DNA of 36,857 bases from assembly GCA_002269645.1 (NCBI GenBank), contig NIVC01003283.1, forward strand, positions 1-36,857, read 5' to 3'. The notes below the pieces were generated by a model that saw only the letters and a list, made by a program, of their open reading frames with translations, was not told the DNA's origin and ran no database searches. Made by a program: the position numbers and the translations under genes. This DNA comes from Macrostomum lignano (taxonomy: Eukaryota). The first letter of the stretch is position 1, and each line of letters begins with the position of its first letter. Positions 33,000 through 36,857 of this stretch are shown here, piece by piece.

Positions 33000-33900
33000 G
33001 TACTGTGCTGGGGAGAATTACTGAGATGTCAAGGCTCACGGAGAATAACTGAGATTACGGGGTGGGGGGGGGTTTCTGAGATGTCAGAGAAGCAAAGAAG
33101 CAAACGTCAGAAGCTACTTCAAAGTGCATGTAGTTTACTCAATTTTTTTTATTACATTCTTTGTTGGCTCGCTACGGGGGGCGCTGATAGAAGAAGAGTC
33201 ATGTAAAAAAGAAAAGAAGCACTATGTATACATAAAAGAAGAGTCATGATGTCGAAGTTAAAAGATTCATTTGGGAATTGCTACGATGCCAAGGCTTGGA
33301 GGGAATCGCTATAGTGCTGTGATTCTTAATAAGGAATCACTAAAATGTCAAGGCTTAGGGGAGAAGAATTGCTGAGATTCAAGGCTTTAGGTTGGGTTAA
33401 AGTTAGGTTTAGGTCAGGTTTGGGTTGAGGGTTAGATTTTAGCGGGTTTCAAGATTAACAGGGGATTTTTCAAATATCAAGGTTTATGGGGGCATCGCGA
33501 ACATGTCAAGACTTACGGGGGGAATAGCTAAGATGTCAAGGCTCACGGGGGAATAACTGAGATGTCAAGGCTAAATTCACAAGCTACATGTAGTTTATTG
33601 TAAAAAAATTTCATTATTTGTTGGCTTTTCACGGGAAGGATCGCTGATAGATAAAGTGTAATGTAAAAAAGAAGCTTCATGTCGAAGTTAAGAGATTCAT
33701 TTGGGAATCCCTACGAGGTCGAGGCTTGCAGAGAATCGCTATAATGCTGTAGTGCTATAATGACTCTCGGAGAGAATTACTGAAATGTCAATGCTTTAAG
33801 GTTAGGGTTAGGGTTAGAAGGTTAACAAATTTTTTAAGATTTCAAGGCTTATGGGGGGAATTTCTGAGATGTCAAGGCTTACAAGGGACTGCTGAGGTAT
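33000..33900. repeat. Compound repeat: GAGATGTCAAGGCT motifs, a ~460-bp tandem duplication and short telomere-like TTAGGG tracts
   Basis: 33120-33370 resembles 33580-33800. GGTTAG x3 at 33800-33817; degenerate tract at 33390-33435. Confidence 0.65.
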
Positions 33901-34637
33901 TCACAGGTAGGAGGAATTCAAGTTAAATGCAAAAAAATTGCCCATAATCGGTTTTTTGCTCATGGGATAGAATTTGTACCCCTGATTCTAAAATGACCTT
34001 CCATGAAATCCTAACTGATTGGGTTCGCGAGATATGCTCATAATTAAGTTTTTACCATAGATATGAGGCAGTCCAACAAGCAAAACTCGCCATTCAGGGA
34101 TAAGTTGAATGTATTTTGTCCAAAACAGTTCTCACCACTGTGAATTCAATTTGTATTGAGTGCATGTATGTTTAATCATACTTTTTGTAGGGTAAAACAA
34201 AACAAAAAACTCAAGGCAACTTTGTTAAGTGTGCGATGTTACAACTGATGCTATGCTGTACATTCTTAGTGTAAAGAATTGGCCTCTTCTATATAAATAA
34301 GTTTGATTCTCTAAATTAGAGAAGATAACAAGTATTGTACAGTCTTCTAAGTCTATTTACCACCACGATCATGAAATATGCAATAAAATCACCTGACGTA
34401 TAATCGATAAAAATATGTACATTCAACCCGCCACCATTAAACGGCAAAAGGCAAAATTTCGCTTGTGATCACACTCACACGATTTGCACATTATTTTTTA
34501 TCGATCCCTTTATACCTAAATCATGAGCAGTTGCTCAATTTATGGTGATGTAAATGAGTATTTAGAGCATTTTAGAATATTTTGTTTCAATTGATCAACT
34601 GTCCAAACAAATTTCTTGTTTTTACTCATCAACTACA

Positions 34638-36433
34638 ATGCCAAAGAAAAGAAACCACGAAGAAAATCTCCAGGCACTGTGTGCCATGTGTCTTCGAAGA
34701 GCGCATCGCCCTTTGACGGAGCATCAGATTGAACTAATTCAATCTACAGTGTACGAAGGCTTCAAGGTAGAACGACAATATCTTCCATCTGGCATATGTG
34801 ACGGCTGCAGAAGGAAGCTTTCGTCTTTGTCCTGCCCAGATTCGCGACCTATTCCAGTCCTACTGGCGTATGACCAGATAGTTACCGACCTTCAGTCTCT
34901 GCCGCCTGCAACTCGTGGCAACCCTGACTGCAACTGTGAGCTGTGTAGCTTGGCCAGCTCACACAGGAGCAGCAGTGCAGTGCCAGACACCAAATACTTG
35001 GCCACAGGTCCACCAGCAAGCCGAGGTCGTCCTGCTGTGGCAGATGCTACTGCGATTCAAAAACTCTGCTCGCATTGCATGTCACGGATCGGACCCGGCC
35101 TGGAGCATCGCTGCAATAAAACAACCAAATTAAAGAATTTGCGAGACAAAATATCTCCTCTTACCAAGCACCAGCTGGCTAGCTCAGTCATCAAGGAGTG
35201 TAATGAGGCTGCAGCAGGTGGTATTGTACTAAGTCAAACTGCTGGTAAACCTCTTCGAGTCAAGGTAGCCTCTAGCTCAGCCGCTGAACCTATAACAAGT
35301 GTTTCTAGGAAAGGACATATAAGCCACGAAACAATTTCGGCTTTGAAAGTCGGGCTTAGTTTAAGCAGCAAGCAGACTCTAAAGCTGGCCAGCATTCTTA
35401 GGTTAGGTGCAGGCCGGAATGTGATCGAGCCTAACCTTCGTGAAGAGCTGCAGAAGAGAGGCCGCTGCCTAACAAGCTTCTTCACGTTAGTTCAGCTGCC
35501 ATTCATACGTTCATCTGGACAGACTCAGGAGGTTTCGAGACCAAGGCCAGCCGTGATCTGCTCCGATCTTCAAGGTTTGCTAAATCATATTTGCACCGAG
35601 CGTGGCATCGAGAACAGCTTTGTCAAAATTGGAATGGAATTGATGGTGGAGGAGGCTCTCTGAAAGTTGTGCTGACTGTGACCGGTGAGTCTGAGCCTGC
35701 AGCATCGCCAGTAAAGAAGTTAGCCTGCAGCCGCCAGTTTCTCAACTCTGGTGTTAAAAAATTAATGATCATCGCTATTGCTCCTGATGTTAGTGAGACT
35801 TATCTCAACGTTAAACTACTACTGGACTCTCTGAATCTACAGGCGATTTCGTTTACTGTTGCTTGTGATCTCAAGCTTGCCAACATAGTGATTGGCTTGC
35901 AGAATCACGCGGGAATGTACCCATGTACATGGTGCGAGGCAAAGGCTCCATTCGCTGCGGATGGTCTGACGCGCACATTTGGCAGTGTAACAAAGAATGC
36001 AGCTGCCTTTTCCGAAGCAGGCAATGATTTGCGATCGGCCAAGCTTTTTAAAAGCTGTGTTAACAAACCCCTTTTGTCTGGTGGAGAAGATGAGCCGATA
36101 CTCAACAAGCTGCCCCACCTGAGCTGCATCTTCTCATTGGAGTTGTTAACAAGATCGTCGACTCGCTTGAAGCTGACGGAGGTCATGTACTCAGCTGGGC
36201 TGCAAGCCATAACATCGGGCGCGCTGACTATCGCGGAGGATCATTCAAGGGCAACCAGTGCCACGCAATCCTGCAACTAGCTGATGAACTGACGAGCATC
36301 CTGCCTGAGCAGCTGAAGCAGTTTGGTGAAGCCCTTCAATGCTTCCGTGAAGTGGTACACGCTTGCTTTGGGGAGAAGCTACAGCCTGAATATGAACAGC
36401 TGATTCAGCAGTTTCGAGAGTCCTACTGCAAGC
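34638..36433 (+). mobile_element. Chapaev/Transib-class (RAG1-related) DDE transposase, two frameshifts (~35635, ~36113), interrupted by mariner at 36434
   Basis: N-terminal H-x7-CxxC...P-x3-CxxC...CxCxxC. Core KIGIDGGGGSLKVVL (D at 35642), ETYLNVKLLL, ACDLKLANIVIGLQ...YPCTWC (D at 35867), PPELHLLIGVVN, FKGNQCHAIL, ACFG..L...Y..LI..F..SY. Confidence 0.78.
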
Positions 36434-36435
36434 TA

Positions 36436-36857
36436 CGAGGTGTATCCCAAAAGTAAGTTTCGGTCAGCTGCCAACAGTGAGCAATTAGTTTTAAAAAACG
36501 TAAACTTTGTCAAACCACAACTTCAAGTATTTGTCACTCCACAAATCGGCGCCAAGCTCAACGCACTTTTCCCAGCGACGCACCACGCTTCAAAGGCGGG
36601 CCTGCAGCCGGCGATCGCCAGATGTCGGAGAGCTGATGAAGCGCTGTTGTTCACCTGCTCCTCAGATCCGAAACGCTGGCCACGAAGGCTCTCTTTCATC
36701 TTCGGGAACAGATAGAAGTCTGCCGGAGCCAAATCAGGCGAGTAGCGCGGGTGGCGGAGAATTTCCCAGTTCCACGAGCCGAGCAGCTCTTCAACCCGTC
36801 TGGCCCGATGCACCGGGGCGTTGTCGTGATGGAATATGACGCCTCTCTCCAGAAGGC
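36436..36857 (-). mobile_element. Mariner (Tc1/mariner, DD34D) transposon: 3' end of the transposase and terminal inverted repeat; continues beyond the window
   Basis: FHHDNAPVH...HPRYSPDLAPADFYLF with 34 residues between the two Asp. Frameshifted RWEKCVELG tail. TIR CGAGGTGTATCCCAAAAGTAAG preceded by TA at 36434-36435. Confidence 0.93.

Overview
Eukaryotic (animal) genomic DNA with spliceosomal introns. The compact GC-rich exons, minisatellite-filled introns and frequent single-base indels resemble a flatworm (Macrostomum-like) long-read assembly; this is an unverified inference. Left to right: (1) a frameshift-riddled secreted M13/neprilysin-like gene; (2) two CUB + C-type-lectin-domain single-pass receptor paralogs with an empty, CDS-deleted third unit between them; (3) two intronless phospholipid scramblases; (4) a tRNA-headed SINE with a 12-bp TSD and a ~650-bp foldback element; (5) a 7-exon CAP/SCP-EGF gene with a probable GPI signal, where four of six introns each hold a different minisatellite; (6) a C2H2 zinc-finger gene. 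The right third is a transposon nest: a spliced coiled-coil/BEN-like gene next to a truncated CACTA/EnSpm-type transposase, then a Chapaev/Transib (RAG1-related) transposase interrupted at a TA by a DD34D mariner. Many long ORFs in the supplied track are artefacts of tandem repeats. All gene models were assembled by eye from GT-AG sites and frame continuity; no database searches were run.
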